A DNA stretch of 64,000 bases from Phormidesmis sp. (lineage in GTDB: Bacteria; Cyanobacteriota; Cyanobacteriia; Leptolyngbyales; Leptolyngbyaceae), in assembly GCA_965248535.1 (NCBI GenBank), contig CBDFJR010000005.1:1120001-1184000 (forward strand), in the 5' to 3' direction. The notes under the pieces are model-generated. The model was not told the DNA's origin and searched no databases. It worked only from the letters and a program-made list of their open reading frames with translations. A program made the translations under genes and the position numbers. Below, one piece after another: positions 10,940 to 21,236 of this stretch; position 1 is the first letter of the stretch; the number at the start of each line of letters is the position of its first letter.

Positions 10940-11351
10940 CTAGGTCTCGATCGCTTTCGTAGACAACCCGGCTAGATTTTTGTTGGGCGTTTGTCCGACG
11001 ATATAAATATCCTAGTTCGATTGTGCCGACTTGGTAGACTTTGAGATCGGTGAGGGTTTGTTTAAGCGTAGCAACCAGTTGCTGATATTTTTTCATCGTT
11101 TCAATCTCTTCGTCTCCATACCAATCTTGTGGTTGAGTGACGACTTCAAAAAAAGAGTCGAAGTCAACGGGTTTGACGATCGTATGCTCTGAGTGATCAG
11201 TCAACTTCAACAACTGCTCATTGGTCAAATCTAACTGTGTCGGATCTTGCCAACAAAACGCCTCAAAGGGATGCTCTGACTCACTGATCCACAGCAGATT
11301 GTTGCAGGCTTTTTTAAGTTGGGCGATCAGGTCTGAAGAGTCTTGAGTCAT
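10940..11351 (-). CDS. nuiA: nuclease A inhibitor NuiA (apparent +1 frameshift near 11011)
   Basis: LLWISESEHPFE, DWYGDEE motifs. Removing one G at 11011-11012 restores the canonical C-terminus LDIYIVGQTPNKNLAGLSTKAIET* with stop at 10940. Confidence 0.88.
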
Positions 11352-11356
11352 GGTGA

Positions 11357-12838
11357 TTACCAGTCGGCTTCGGGTTCGGCGGCCCGAGGAATTGATTTTC
11401 TAGGAACAGCATAAACCGAAGGGGGCGGCACTAGCTCTAGCTGACCTTGTTGCGGTGACTTGGCAGGAGGTTTTTCTCCTTTGCGACGACGAGACACGCC
11501 TTCTTCGCTGGTGTCTTCGGCCACGACTTCATAGAGCAGCGCTAACTTGTTGGGGTCTTTGCCTTTGCGAAGAATGCGCCCCAATCGCTGAATATATTCG
11601 CGAGTGGAACCTGTGCCCGACAGCACGATCGCAACACTCGCCTCTGGCACATCCACGCCTTCATTTAAAACTCGTGAAGCCACCAGCGTTTTATAGTCTC
11701 CTTGCTTAAATCGAGTCAGCACATCGTGGCGTTCTTTAACAGGGGTTTGATGGGTGATGGCCGGAATCAGAAACTCCTGGGAGATGCGATAAACGGTCGC
11801 GTTGTCGTCGGTAAAGATCAGCGTCCGTTCGGGATAATGCTGGGCTAAAAGATCGGCTAAAATTCGGAGTTTGCCTTCAGTGCCGAAGGCGATCGCTTTA
11901 GCTTCTCGGTGGGCTAACATAGCTTTGCGTCCGGCTTTTGAGCGGGCACTCGCCTGCACAAATCGCTGCCAACCTTGAGCGCTGCTGAGATAAATATTCG
12001 CTTCTTTTAAGAATGCATTGCGGATTTGCATTAAGCGATCGTAGCGTTCTCGCTCCTGTTTAGAAAGCTTGACTTTGATTTGAGTCGCTTTGTGTTTGGC
12101 CAATGCCGAACCGGATAATTCTTCTGCGGTTTTGCGATAGACTTCGGCACCAATTAAAGTATTCAAGTCTTCATGTTTGCCGTCTGTGCGTTCGGGTGTG
12201 GCGGTCAATCCCAATCGATAGGGCGCGATCGCAAACTCTGCAATCACCCGATTGAAATCGCTGGGTAAATGATGGCATTCATCAAACACTAACAGCGCGT
12301 ATTGATTACCAAGAGTTTCAGCATTAATCGCAGCGCTATCGTAGGTTGACACGAGAATGGGAGTGCGATCGCGTGACCCGCCGCCGAGCAGCCCTACTTC
12401 GACATCAGGAAACGCCGCCGTTAAATGGGCATACCACTGGTGCATCAAATCTAACGTGGGCACCATGACTAACGTGCTGCGCTGCGTGGCTTGCATGGCC
12501 AACTGCGCTAGATAGGTTTTTCCGGCGGCCGTGGGCAAAACCACAACTCCCATGCGTCCGGCGTGTCTCCATGCGTCGAGGGCTTCTTGCTGGTGGGGGT
12601 AAGGCTCCATTTCTAGGCTGGGCACCATTTCGACTTCTGCAAAAGCTTTGGCTTTATCGTCAAGCTCGGTGCCTTCAGCGCGCATTGCCAAGACTAAATT
12701 GCGATATCGATGGGCAGGAATGCGAAACCGCTCAATGCGATCGTCCCAGATTGCATAGTCCATCCACGCCTTGCCTTTGGGAGGAGGATGGAGAATGAGA
12801 GTGCCCCGATCGAACTTGAGCGTAGGAGTACGAGCCAT
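11357..12838 (-). CDS. XPB/Ssl2-like superfamily 2 DNA helicase
   Basis: VVLPTAAGKT, DECHH, LGLTATPER, VLNEGVDVP, YIQRLGRILR. Confidence 0.9.
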   Translation of the reverse strand: MARTPTLKFDRGTLILHPPPKGKAWMDYAIWDDRIERFRIPAHRYRNLVLAMRAEGTELDDKAKAFAEVEMVPSLEMEPYPHQQEALDAWRHAGRMGVVVLPTAAGKTYLAQLAMQATQRSTLVMVPTLDLMHQWYAHLTAAFPDVEVGLLGGGSRDRTPILVSTYDSAAINAETLGNQYALLVFDECHHLPSDFNRVIAEFAIAPYRLGLTATPERTDGKHEDLNTLIGAEVYRKTAEELSGSALAKHKATQIKVKLSKQERERYDRLMQIRNAFLKEANIYLSSAQGWQRFVQASARSKAGRKAMLAHREAKAIAFGTEGKLRILADLLAQHYPERTLIFTDDNATVYRISQEFLIPAITHQTPVKERHDVLTRFKQGDYKTLVASRVLNEGVDVPEASVAIVLSGTGSTREYIQRLGRILRKGKDPNKLALLYEVVAEDTSEEGVSRRRKGEKPPAKSPQQGQLELVPPPSVYAVPRKSIPRAAEPEADW

Positions 12839-12964
12839 GAGTTTTGCTCAGAACACTTGTTCGCTTGTCTGATGTTCATCGTGTCATCTCTCAGAAGGTT
12901 TCGCAAGTCAAGCGGCAAGATTAGAGATCAAACTCAAAGGAATCTCTCTAATGCAGACTAATGC

Positions 12965-12997
12965 AGATCCCTAATTTCTTCAAGAAGTTGATCGTCT
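12965..12997. repeat. degenerate copy of the 33-bp palindromic element
   Basis: AGATCCCTAATTTCTT-C-AAGAAGTTGATCGTCT, same length and core as 10899..10931. Confidence 0.6.
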
Positions 12998-13108
12998 CCG
13001 CCTTTGGCATCAGAGATGATCAGAAAACTCACGGAAACAGTCATTCTAAAAAGTCCTTGGAGTAAGACAATGCTTACAGCATCGTTGTCGATTTAGAGGT
13101 TATTTACT

Positions 13109-14212
13109 ATGGTTTCTGCCCGTCAATCTCCGATCGGGGTCGCGATCGTCGGCACAGGCTTCGGTCAAAAAGTTCACATTCCGGGATTTCAAGCCAATCC
13201 TCGGACTCAACTCGTGGCGGTTTATCATCGTGACCTAGAGAAAGCCCAGGCGATTGCCCAAGCTCATAATATTCCCCACGCTTGCCAAACCCTAGAAGCA
13301 GTCGTTTCACGGTCTGATGTGCAACTAGTCAGCGTCTCGACTCCGCCGTTTTTGCACTATGAGATGGCCAAAACCGTGCTTGAAGCCGGAAAGCACCTGC
13401 TGTTAGAAAAACCGACTGCCCTATCGGTCTCAGAAGCGCGACATTTACAAGAACTAGCGGCGCAGCGAGGCGCGATCGCGATGGTGAATTTTGAGTTTCG
13501 GTTCATTCCAGCCTGGCAGCGATTAGCCGAGTTGATCTCAGAAGGCTATGTCGGACAAAACCGCTTGATCAAAATAGACTGGCTCGTGTCAAGTCGTGCC
13601 GATGCCTCCCGCCCCTGGAATTGGTATGCCCAAAAAGAGCAGGGTGGCGGCGCACTGGGAGCGATCGGGTCTCACGCCTTTGACTATATCGCCTGGTTAT
13701 TTGGCCCGGTCAAGCGGCTGTGTGCCCGGCTGCAAGTTTCGATCCCAGAGCGACCCGATCCCATTTCAGGACAGTTGAAACTCGTGGATGCTGATGACAC
13801 CTGCCTGATCATGCTCGAATTAGCCGACGGAACGCCCTGCCAGCTTTGTTTGAGTGCCGCCACCTATCAAGGGCGCGGGCATTGGGTAGAAATCTATGGC
13901 GATCGGAGCACGCTCATTCTCGGCAGCGACAATCAAAAAGACTATGTGCATGGTTTTAAGCTGTCGGGCAGTCAAAACGGGCAGCCGTTAGCCGAGCTAG
14001 AAATTCCTCAGCGCCTCGCGTTTTCTCAAGTCTATGCCGACGGCAGAATTGCCCCATTTATGCGAGTCATCGATCAGTTAGTGTTGAGCATCGATCGCCG
14101 CGAATCGCTACCGCCGTCACTCACAGAAGGCGTATATTCACAACGCTTGATGGACTTAGCCCACGAATCGAATGAAACCGGAACCTGGGTCAATGTGCCC
14201 GATCGAGTCTAA
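13109..14212 (+). CDS. Gfo/Idh/MocA family oxidoreductase
   Basis: VAIVGTGFG Rossmann motif, GKHLLLEKP, GGGALGAIGSH. Confidence 0.9.
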   Translation: MVSARQSPIGVAIVGTGFGQKVHIPGFQANPRTQLVAVYHRDLEKAQAIAQAHNIPHACQTLEAVVSRSDVQLVSVSTPPFLHYEMAKTVLEAGKHLLLEKPTALSVSEARHLQELAAQRGAIAMVNFEFRFIPAWQRLAELISEGYVGQNRLIKIDWLVSSRADASRPWNWYAQKEQGGGALGAIGSHAFDYIAWLFGPVKRLCARLQVSIPERPDPISGQLKLVDADDTCLIMLELADGTPCQLCLSAATYQGRGHWVEIYGDRSTLILGSDNQKDYVHGFKLSGSQNGQPLAELEIPQRLAFSQVYADGRIAPFMRVIDQLVLSIDRRESLPPSLTEGVYSQRLMDLAHESNETGTWVNVPDRV

Positions 14213-14214
14213 TT

Positions 14215-15489
14215 CTACGGCCCGATCGGAAGCGTAATTTTGAAGAGGGTTCCTTGACCGAGTTGAGAGTCAACCTGTAGTGTTCCATAATGCTTTTTAA
14301 CGACAATCTGATAAGCGATCGCGAGTCCCAGTCCGGTTCCTTTGCCGACTGGTTTTGTAGTAAAAAATTGCTCAAAAATTCTCGGTTTCGCGTCTTCAGG
14401 AATGCCTATTCCATTATCTGCGATTTGAATAACGGCTGACCTCTGATCTTCGTGAATAAATGTCTGAATAACAATTTGATTGCCTTGAGAATTTTGAGGC
14501 TGGTTAGCATCTTCAAACGCATCGATCGCATTAGCAATAATATTCATAAAAACCTGGTTGAGTTGACCCGGAAAGCACTCAATGAATGGCAGATCTCCAT
14601 ACTCTTTAAGAATGACAATCTCCGCCCGATCGGGCTTTGCTTTTAAGCGGTGTTTAAGAATTAAAAGCGTGCTGTCAATTCCTTCATGAATATCGAATTT
14701 GACTTTGGTGGCGATGTCCGATCGAGAAAAAGTTCTTAAAGACACACTGATATCATGAATTCGCTCTGTGCCTTGCTGCATCGACGCAATAACTTTGGGC
14801 AAATCATCCATGAGAAAGTCTAGCTCGATCGTGTCAGCATGAGCAGCAATTTGGCTATCTGGCTCGTGTTGCTGATACATCTGAAGGTGAGCAACCAAAT
14901 CTTGAATATAGCGCTCAATATGCAGCAGATTGCCATCAATAAACCCGACCGGATTGTTGATCTCGTGAGCGACCCCGGCCACGAGTTGACCCAATGCTGA
15001 CATCTTTTCACCCTGAATGAGTTGAATCTGAGATTGCTGTAGCTGATGAACTGTGTTGGTTAGCTCGATCGTTCTTTGTTCGACCAAATGTTCTAGTTTT
15101 TTGTTTAAGTGCCGCAATTTTAAGTGCAGATTGACTCTTGCTAAAATCTCCTCTTGTTGAAACGGTTTAGTAATATAATCAACCGCACCTAGATCAAACC
15201 CTTTCACCTTATTAGCTACATCTGACAGCGCAGTCATAAAAATCACGGGCACCTCTTGAGCAAAGCCTGAAGTTTTAAGACGACGACAGGTTTCAAAGCC
15301 GTCGATTCCGGGCATCATCACGTCAAGTAGAATTAGATCGGGAGTCACCGCAGCAACTTTCTCAAGGGCGCTTTCTCCGCTTTTAGCAATCAAAACACAA
15401 ATATTTTCCTGTTCTAAAACTTTAAATAAGACTTTAATATTAGTTGGATTATCATCTACGATTAAGATTAGCGCTTGTCGATTTTTCAT
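14215..15489 (-). CDS. hybrid response regulator / histidine kinase (REC-HisKA-HATPase)
   Basis: [36 protein letters not shown]-box; [35 protein letters not shown]. Confidence 0.93.
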   Translation of the reverse strand: MKNRQALILIVDDNPTNIKVLFKVLEQENICVLIAKSGESALEKVAAVTPDLILLDVMMPGIDGFETCRRLKTSGFAQEVPVIFMTALSDVANKVKGFDLGAVDYITKPFQQEEILARVNLHLKLRHLNKKLEHLVEQRTIELTNTVHQLQQSQIQLIQGEKMSALGQLVAGVAHEINNPVGFIDGNLLHIERYIQDLVAHLQMYQQHEPDSQIAAHADTIELDFLMDDLPKVIASMQQGTERIHDISVSLRTFSRSDIATKVKFDIHEGIDSTLLILKHRLKAKPDRAEIVILKEYGDLPFIECFPGQLNQVFMNIIANAIDAFEDANQPQNSQGNQIVIQTFIHEDQRSAVIQIADNGIGIPEDAKPRIFEQFFTTKPVGKGTGLGLAIAYQIVVKKHYGTLQVDSQLGQGTLFKITLPIGP

Positions 15490-15592
15490 AAATTAGTTAA
15501 AGTCTGTTAGATAAAAATTTGTCTGTATGAAACATTGTTTAATTGATAAAATAATCCTTCAGTCCGAAAGGGCTTAGACGAAAAATCATGGT

Positions 15593-15745
15593 CTAGCTTT
15601 TTCGCACTTGGGCATCTGAGATTGACTGAATATAGCCATGACCCATGCAGATGATGGCTACGATCGCTAGGGTCACGCCGACAGAGATTTTAACTAGCGT
15701 TTGACGAGCGATCGGGCGCTGTTTTGGCGGCTTGAGAGTGATCAT
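15593..15745 (-). CDS. 50-aa single-TM ORF, possibly a truncated sensor N-terminus
   Basis: my translation: MITLKPPKQRPIARQTLVKISVGVTLAIVAIICMGHGYIQSISDAQVRKS*; co-oriented upstream of the hybrid kinase. Confidence 0.4.
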   Translation of the reverse strand: MITLKPPKQRPIARQTLVKISVGVTLAIVAIICMGHGYIQSISDAQVRKS

Positions 15746-16102
15746 TTTTGGTTGAGGGTTGAGTCTAAGATTTGCTAAAACTCTTTGGATGGTTGACCCA
15801 TTCTTTCATCGGGTTTGCCCCCATTTTTCCCAAAACTCCTGACTAGCAAACAAATGCCTCTAAACCGCCTTAACCTTCAAAGTTTTACAAAACTCTAGTA
15901 CAAAGTAACTTTTTGCCCCTTAAATTTGATACATTGGTACTAAGCTGCTTTAAGGGTGGGCGTAGGATTGGAGTTAATTCTCAGATTTACGTCCTTCAAT
16001 GCCTTTGACTCCACATATAGAGTGAGCGGCTCAAAAAATTATTAGATATAGCGTCTACGATCGGTTACTCTAGTCTCATTCCGTTGTGTGGTGTGAGCAG
16101 TT

Positions 16103-19100
16103 ATGTCTTTTGTTGGTCTACACATTCATAGCGACTACAGCTTGCTTGATGGTGCCAGTCAGTTACCTAAACTGGTCGATCGGGCAATGGAATTGGGAAT
16201 GCCCGCGATCGCCCTCACCGATCACGGCGTAATGTATGGCGCGATCGAGCTAATGAAGGTCTGTAAAGGCAAGATTACGCCGATCATCGGCAACGAAATG
16301 TATGTGATCAACGGTGACATCACTAAGCAAGAACGCCGCCCTCGCTACCACCAGGTCGTGCTGGCAAAAAACACGCGAGGCTATAAAAACTTAGTCAAGA
16401 TCACCACAATTTCTCACCTCAAAGGCGTTCAGGGCAAAGGCATTTTCTCGCGACCCTGCATCAGCAAAGATTTATTAGAGCAATACCACGAAGGTCTGAT
16501 CGTCACGAGTGCCTGTCTCGGCGGTGAAGTGCCACAGGCGATTTTGCAAGGCAAGCCCGAAATCGCCCGTCGCGTCGCCCAGTGGTATAAAGACTTATTT
16601 GGCGATGATTATTATTTAGAAATTCAAGATCACGGCTCACCAGAAGATCGGATCGTCAACGTCGAGGTCGTTAAGATTGCCCGTGAGCTAGACATTAAAA
16701 TTATTGCCACCAACGATTCTCACTATATTTCTTGCTATGACGTAGAGGCGCACGACGCGCTGCTGTGCATTCAGACAGGCAAGCTGATCTCAGAAGACAA
16801 ACGCCTCAGATATAGCGGCACCGAATATCTTAAATCAGCCGACGAGATGCGACTATTGTTTCGCGATCACCTGCCTGATGACGTGATTGAAGAAGCGATC
16901 GTGACCACTGTCGAGGTTGCCAACAAAATCGAGGAATATAAACTTTTTGATGAACCGCGCATTCCCAACTATCCCGTCCCCACAGGTCAAACGCATGATG
17001 GTTATCTCGAAAAAATCACCTGGGAAGGACTGTTTAAACGGTTGAAATGCCACGATCGTGCCGAGGTCAGCCAGGTCTATCAAGATCGTCTGATCTACGA
17101 ACTCGAAATGATGCAGCAGATGGGGTTTGCGACCTATTTTCTCGTGGTGTGGGACTACATCAAATACGCCAGAGACAACGGCATTCCCGTCGGGCCAGGA
17201 CGGGGATCGGCAGCCGGATCGCTGGTTGCCTATGCGTTGGGGATTACGAATATCGATCCGGTGCACCACGGCTTGCTGTTTGAGCGGTTTCTCAACCCCG
17301 AACGCAAATCAATGCCCGATATTGACACCGACTTTTGCATCGATCGCCGCGATGAAGTCATCCAATACGTCACTCAAAAATATGGGACTGAACGAGTCGC
17401 GCAGATCATCACCTATAACCGCATGACCTCTAAAGCCGTTCTCAAAGACACGGCGCGAGTGCTGGATGTGCCCTATGGCGATGCCGATCGCATGGCGAAG
17501 ATGATTCCGGTGGTTCGAGGCAAGCCTATAAAGTTGGAGGTGATGATCTCTGATAAAACGCCTGCGCCAGAGTTTAAAGAAAAATACGACAAAGATCCCA
17601 GCGTGCGGCACTGGTTAGACACAGCGATCGGGATTGAAGGCACCAACAAAAGTGTGGGCATTCACGCGGCTGGAATCGTGATTTCCTCCGATCCGCTCGA
17701 CGAAATTGTGCCTCTGCAACGCAACGCAGACGGGGCCGTCTTCACCCAATATTACATGGAGGACATCGAAACCCTGGGCCTGCTAAAAATGGACTTTTTA
17801 GGACTCAAAAACCTAACGATGATCCAAAAAACGGTCGAGTTAGTTCAGCAAACTCGTCACGTCACGATCGACCTCGACAACCTCTCGCTTGAAGATCCCG
17901 GAGTCTATCAACTGCTGGCACGAGGAGATTTGCAGGGCATCTTTCAGCTTGAGTCGTCGGGGATGCGGCAAATCGTTCGTGACCTCAAACCGTCAGGCAT
18001 TGAAGATATTTCCTCCGTGCTTGCCCTTTATCGCCCTGGGCCACTTGATGCCGGACTGATTCCTAAATTTATCAATCGCAAACACGGGCGAGAAGCGATC
18101 GACTACGCCCACGACATTCTCAAACCGATTCTTAACGAAACCTACGGCATTATGGTCTATCAAGAGCAAATCATGAAGATTGCTCAAGATATGGCAGGTT
18201 ACTCGCTGGGTCAAGCGGATCTATTGCGGCGGGCAATGGGCAAAAAGAAAAAGTCTGAGATGGAAAAGCACCGCGAAATGTTCGTGGAGGGTGCCGGAAA
18301 GAACGACGTAAAACCCGCGATCGCCGATGCCCTGTTTGAGCAAATGGTGCAGTTTGCTGAATATTGTTTCAACAAATCTCACTCAACGGCTTATGGCTAT
18401 GTCACCTATCAAACCGCTTATCTAAAAGCAAACTATCCCGTCGAATATATGGCGGCATTGATTACTGCAAATAGTGGCGATCAAGATAAAGTCCAAAAAT
18501 ATATTGCCTCTTGCGTCAGCATGAATATTCAGGTGCAGTCGCCTGACATCAATCGCTCTGGGGTAGACTTTACGCCCACTGGCGAGAATATTTTGTTTGG
18601 CTTAAATGCCGTCCGAAATGTGGGACAAAGCGCCGTTGAAGCCCTTCTCGTCTCCAGAACCGAAAAAGGCGAATTCAAATCCTTGGCAGACTTGTGCGAT
18701 CGGGTCGATTCTCGCGCCATTAACCGTCGAGCGTTAGAATCTCTAATCTACTGCGGAGCCTTTGACAACGTTGATTCAAATCGCAATCAACTCATTCAAG
18801 ACTTAGAGCTAGTCATGGATTGGGCACAATCTCGTGCTAAGGATCGAGCCAGTGGTCAAGGCAACTTATTTGATTTAATGGGCGGCGGTGCGAGTCAACA
18901 AGCCAGTTTTGAGACAGCACCCAAAGCGACCAGAGTGCCCGACTTTCCGCAACAAGAAAAACTGCGCTTAGAAAAAGAAGTCCTGGGATTCTATATCTCT
19001 GACCACCCGCTCAAACAGTTGCAAGAGTCAGCCAAGATGCTTGCACCGATTAGCTTGAGTGATTTAGGCGACCGTCAAGAAGGCGACAGCATCAGCGCGA

Positions 19101-19591
19101 TCGTCATGCTCACAGCCGTTAAAGCCGTCACGACTAAGAAGGGCGATCGGATGGCGATCATCACGATCGAGGATCTCACCGGACACTCAGAAGCCGTCGT
19201 CTTCCCCAAATCGTTTGAACGAATTGGACATTTGATCCTTCCCGATGCCCGCTTGATGGTGTGGGGCAAAGTCGATCGCCGCGATGACCAGGTGCAGTTC
19301 ATCATTGACGATGCAGAACCGATCGAAACCGTCCGCATGGTGATGGTCGAACTCGAACCTAGCAAAGCAAACGACAGTCAAGAACAATATCGACTGCGGC
19401 AAATCTTGCAAGAGCAACGCGGCGAAGACCATAGCGCTAGGATTTCAGTAGTGGCGATCATCAGTGCTCGCGATCGCTGTCACTTTGTGCGGTTTGGGCA
19501 AAAGTTTCGAGTCCACGATGAGCAGGCAGCCGTAACTGCTCTGACAAAGGGCGGATTTCGGGCGCGAGTGTCTTCGTTAGTCAGTGCTTAA
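16103..19591 (+). CDS. dnaE: DNA polymerase III alpha subunit, full length and intein-free
   Basis: PHP motif [27 protein letters not shown], continuous [11 protein letters not shown]-terminal OB fold. Confidence 0.98.
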   Translation: MSFVGLHIHSDYSLLDGASQLPKLVDRAMELGMPAIALTDHGVMYGAIELMKVCKGKITPIIGNEMYVINGDITKQERRPRYHQVVLAKNTRGYKNLVKITTISHLKGVQGKGIFSRPCISKDLLEQYHEGLIVTSACLGGEVPQAILQGKPEIARRVAQWYKDLFGDDYYLEIQDHGSPEDRIVNVEVVKIARELDIKIIATNDSHYISCYDVEAHDALLCIQTGKLISEDKRLRYSGTEYLKSADEMRLLFRDHLPDDVIEEAIVTTVEVANKIEEYKLFDEPRIPNYPVPTGQTHDGYLEKITWEGLFKRLKCHDRAEVSQVYQDRLIYELEMMQQMGFATYFLVVWDYIKYARDNGIPVGPGRGSAAGSLVAYALGITNIDPVHHGLLFERFLNPERKSMPDIDTDFCIDRRDEVIQYVTQKYGTERVAQIITYNRMTSKAVLKDTARVLDVPYGDADRMAKMIPVVRGKPIKLEVMISDKTPAPEFKEKYDKDPSVRHWLDTAIGIEGTNKSVGIHAAGIVISSDPLDEIVPLQRNADGAVFTQYYMEDIETLGLLKMDFLGLKNLTMIQKTVELVQQTRHVTIDLDNLSLEDPGVYQLLARGDLQGIFQLESSGMRQIVRDLKPSGIEDISSVLALYRPGPLDAGLIPKFINRKHGREAIDYAHDILKPILNETYGIMVYQEQIMKIAQDMAGYSLGQADLLRRAMGKKKKSEMEKHREMFVEGAGKNDVKPAIADALFEQMVQFAEYCFNKSHSTAYGYVTYQTAYLKANYPVEYMAALITANSGDQDKVQKYIASCVSMNIQVQSPDINRSGVDFTPTGENILFGLNAVRNVGQSAVEALLVSRTEKGEFKSLADLCDRVDSRAINRRALESLIYCGAFDNVDSNRNQLIQDLELVMDWAQSRAKDRASGQGNLFDLMGGGASQQASFETAPKATRVPDFPQQEKLRLEKEVLGFYISDHPLKQLQESAKMLAPISLSDLGDRQEGDSISAIVMLTAVKAVTTKKGDRMAIITIEDLTGHSEAVVFPKSFERIGHLILPDARLMVWGKVDRRDDQVQFIIDDAEPIETVRMVMVELEPSKANDSQEQYRLRQILQEQRGEDHSARISVVAIISARDRCHFVRFGQKFRVHDEQAAVTALTKGGFRARVSSLVSA

Positions 19592-19616
19592 AGGACGACA
19601 GGAGCAAAGTAATCTA

Positions 19617-19804
19617 TTGCAACAATCGCCGCTTTATCAAAAATGGCAAATGGAAGCTGAACTGTGAGGGATGGAAAAAGCGCGGCGATCGCTCTGAAGT
19701 TGCTTAAAAAGAAACGTCTGTTGGATGAAATTGCTGAAGTCAAAGACTTTTCGATCGAACAACTGCAACAACTGCAAAACAGTCAGCTCTCGGACTGGTC
19801 ATGA
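19617..19804 (+). pseudogene. relic of the C-terminus of an Rpn/YhgA-like protein
   Basis: LQQSPLYQKWQMEAEL*GMEK / AIALKLLKKKRLLDEIAEVKDFSIEQLQQLQ, with an internal stop and a frameshift. Confidence 0.5.
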
Positions 19805-19853
19805 ATTCCCCATGAGCCTACATACTAAGCTCACCAAAATTTGATCGAATAGA

Positions 19854-20185
19854 ATGAAAATGCCATCGGGCTTAGTCATTCAAGAGCAAAAATTAACGAA
19901 CTACCTCCTGATTTATCAACCGAAAGATCACAAGTCTCAGTTTCTTGCACGCGCAGGCTACACGCTTCAAACTTGGCAGCGGTTGAAGAATTGGAAGTAA
20001 CAGCAGCGATCGCGACTGAGTGGGGAACGAGATTTAAGGTCAACTGTCAGTGGAATGGCTTGAATGGTCGCAGTTTAAGAGTGGTGACGATTTGGCAGAA
20101 TGATACGGGTTCTGATCTGATTCGGTTTGTGACGTTGTATCCCGATAAGTCTGAGGAAGAGAGTCAAGGGCGGGAGGATCAAAGA
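19854..20185 (+). pseudogene. DUF6883-like putative toxin, broken into two frames
   Basis: 19854..20000 gives MKMPSGLVIQEQKLTNYLLIYQPKDHKSQFLARAGYTLQTWQRL. Another frame continues ...WGTRFKV...GLNGRSLRVVTIW...IRFVTLYPDK. Confidence 0.65.
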
Positions 20186-20434
20186 ATGATTGATTCATTA
20201 TTTCACTGGGTTGTTTTGCTGCGGGATGTGCCGAATTGTGCCGTGAAGGTGGGCGATCGAGGTGTGATTGTGGATGAGTTGCCGTTTTCTGAAATGCATC
20301 AGGAATCGGGCTATACGATCGAGGTTTTTCGGCAGGGTGAGACGGTCGAGGTGGTGTCGGTTCCGGCTGCTTGGGTGGAGGTTTTGCCGGAAGTTTGGGG
20401 ACAGAAGGATGTGAGCGAGATCGTTGCCCGTTAG
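20186..20434 (+). CDS. DUF4926 domain protein (putative immunity/antitoxin)
   Basis: GGAGG RBS then MIDSLFHWVVLLRDVP...GDRGVIVD...GYTIEVF. Confidence 0.7.
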   Translation: MIDSLFHWVVLLRDVPNCAVKVGDRGVIVDELPFSEMHQESGYTIEVFRQGETVEVVSVPAAWVEVLPEVWGQKDVSEIVAR

Positions 20435-20582
20435 CGATCGATGTTTTGCGAGAGCTTCGCCACATGGGGTGGTCGCGCTTCCTCTGGGGTGAGAATTGAC
20501 CTCATTTCTTCGGTTGGCGAATTGTGCGATCGCGGTTCATCTGTCTTGATAAGATTGAAATACTGAATTGGAGGGGTTCTAT

Positions 20583-20828
20583 ATGCTTGCTAGCTATCTG
20601 GATCAAGCAATGGAGATTGCGGTTTATGAAATCGTGGAGGGTAACCGCACGTATTGGGGAGAAATCCCAGGGCTTCAGGGTGTCTGGGCAACTCATCAGA
20701 CATTAGAAGGGTGTCGTCGGGAGTTGCGAGAGGCGTTAAGCGATTGGATTGCTCTAAGATTGCAGCTTAGATTGAGGATTCCTGAAGTTGCAGGCATTGA
20801 TTTGAATCATTTGACACAAGCGGTCTAA
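20583..20828 (+). CDS. hicB: HicB family antitoxin
   Basis: MLASYLDQAM...YWGEIPGLQGVWA...TLEGCRRELREALSDWI. Confidence 0.85.
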   Translation: MLASYLDQAMEIAVYEIVEGNRTYWGEIPGLQGVWATHQTLEGCRRELREALSDWIALRLQLRLRIPEVAGIDLNHLTQAV

Positions 20829-20831
20829 CGA

Positions 20832-21074
20832 ATGCCTCGATTGACTCCAATTTCCAGACGAAATCTGGTGAAACGTTTTAGAGAATTGGGCTTTGAGGGA
20901 CTTTTTGCGGGTGGACGACATCCTCAAATGCGAAGAGAAGAGGTAACGGTGATCATTCCGAATCCTCATGAGGGTGACATTAGCGTAGGTCTTCTGTCTA
21001 GAGTGTTGAGACAGGCTGGGATTTCTCGTGAAGAGTGGTTCGGGGAAGAACTCGACGAGGAATCTGAAGAATGA
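20832..21074 (+). CDS. hicA: HicA family toxin
   Basis: LGFEG..GGRHPQM, IPNPH.GDI..GLL.R.LRQAGI. Confidence 0.87.
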   Translation: MPRLTPISRRNLVKRFRELGFEGLFAGGRHPQMRREEVTVIIPNPHEGDISVGLLSRVLRQAGISREEWFGEELDEESEE

Positions 21075-21236
21075 ATCTCGTAGATTTTGAGCGGGGCATT
21101 AGCGATCGCACTTCAAATAGGCGCGATCCTTCGGAGTTTGCGAAGCGATCGCACACCCTTTCCCCTTCAAATCGGCACGATCGCTAAATTAACCCCAAGC
21201 GGTACAAGATAGAGCGGTCAAACTAGCTCAGAAACC

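Noticed and set aside
15897..15910. LexA-like AGTACAAAGTAACT upstream of dnaE
   Set aside because: second half-site is misspaced
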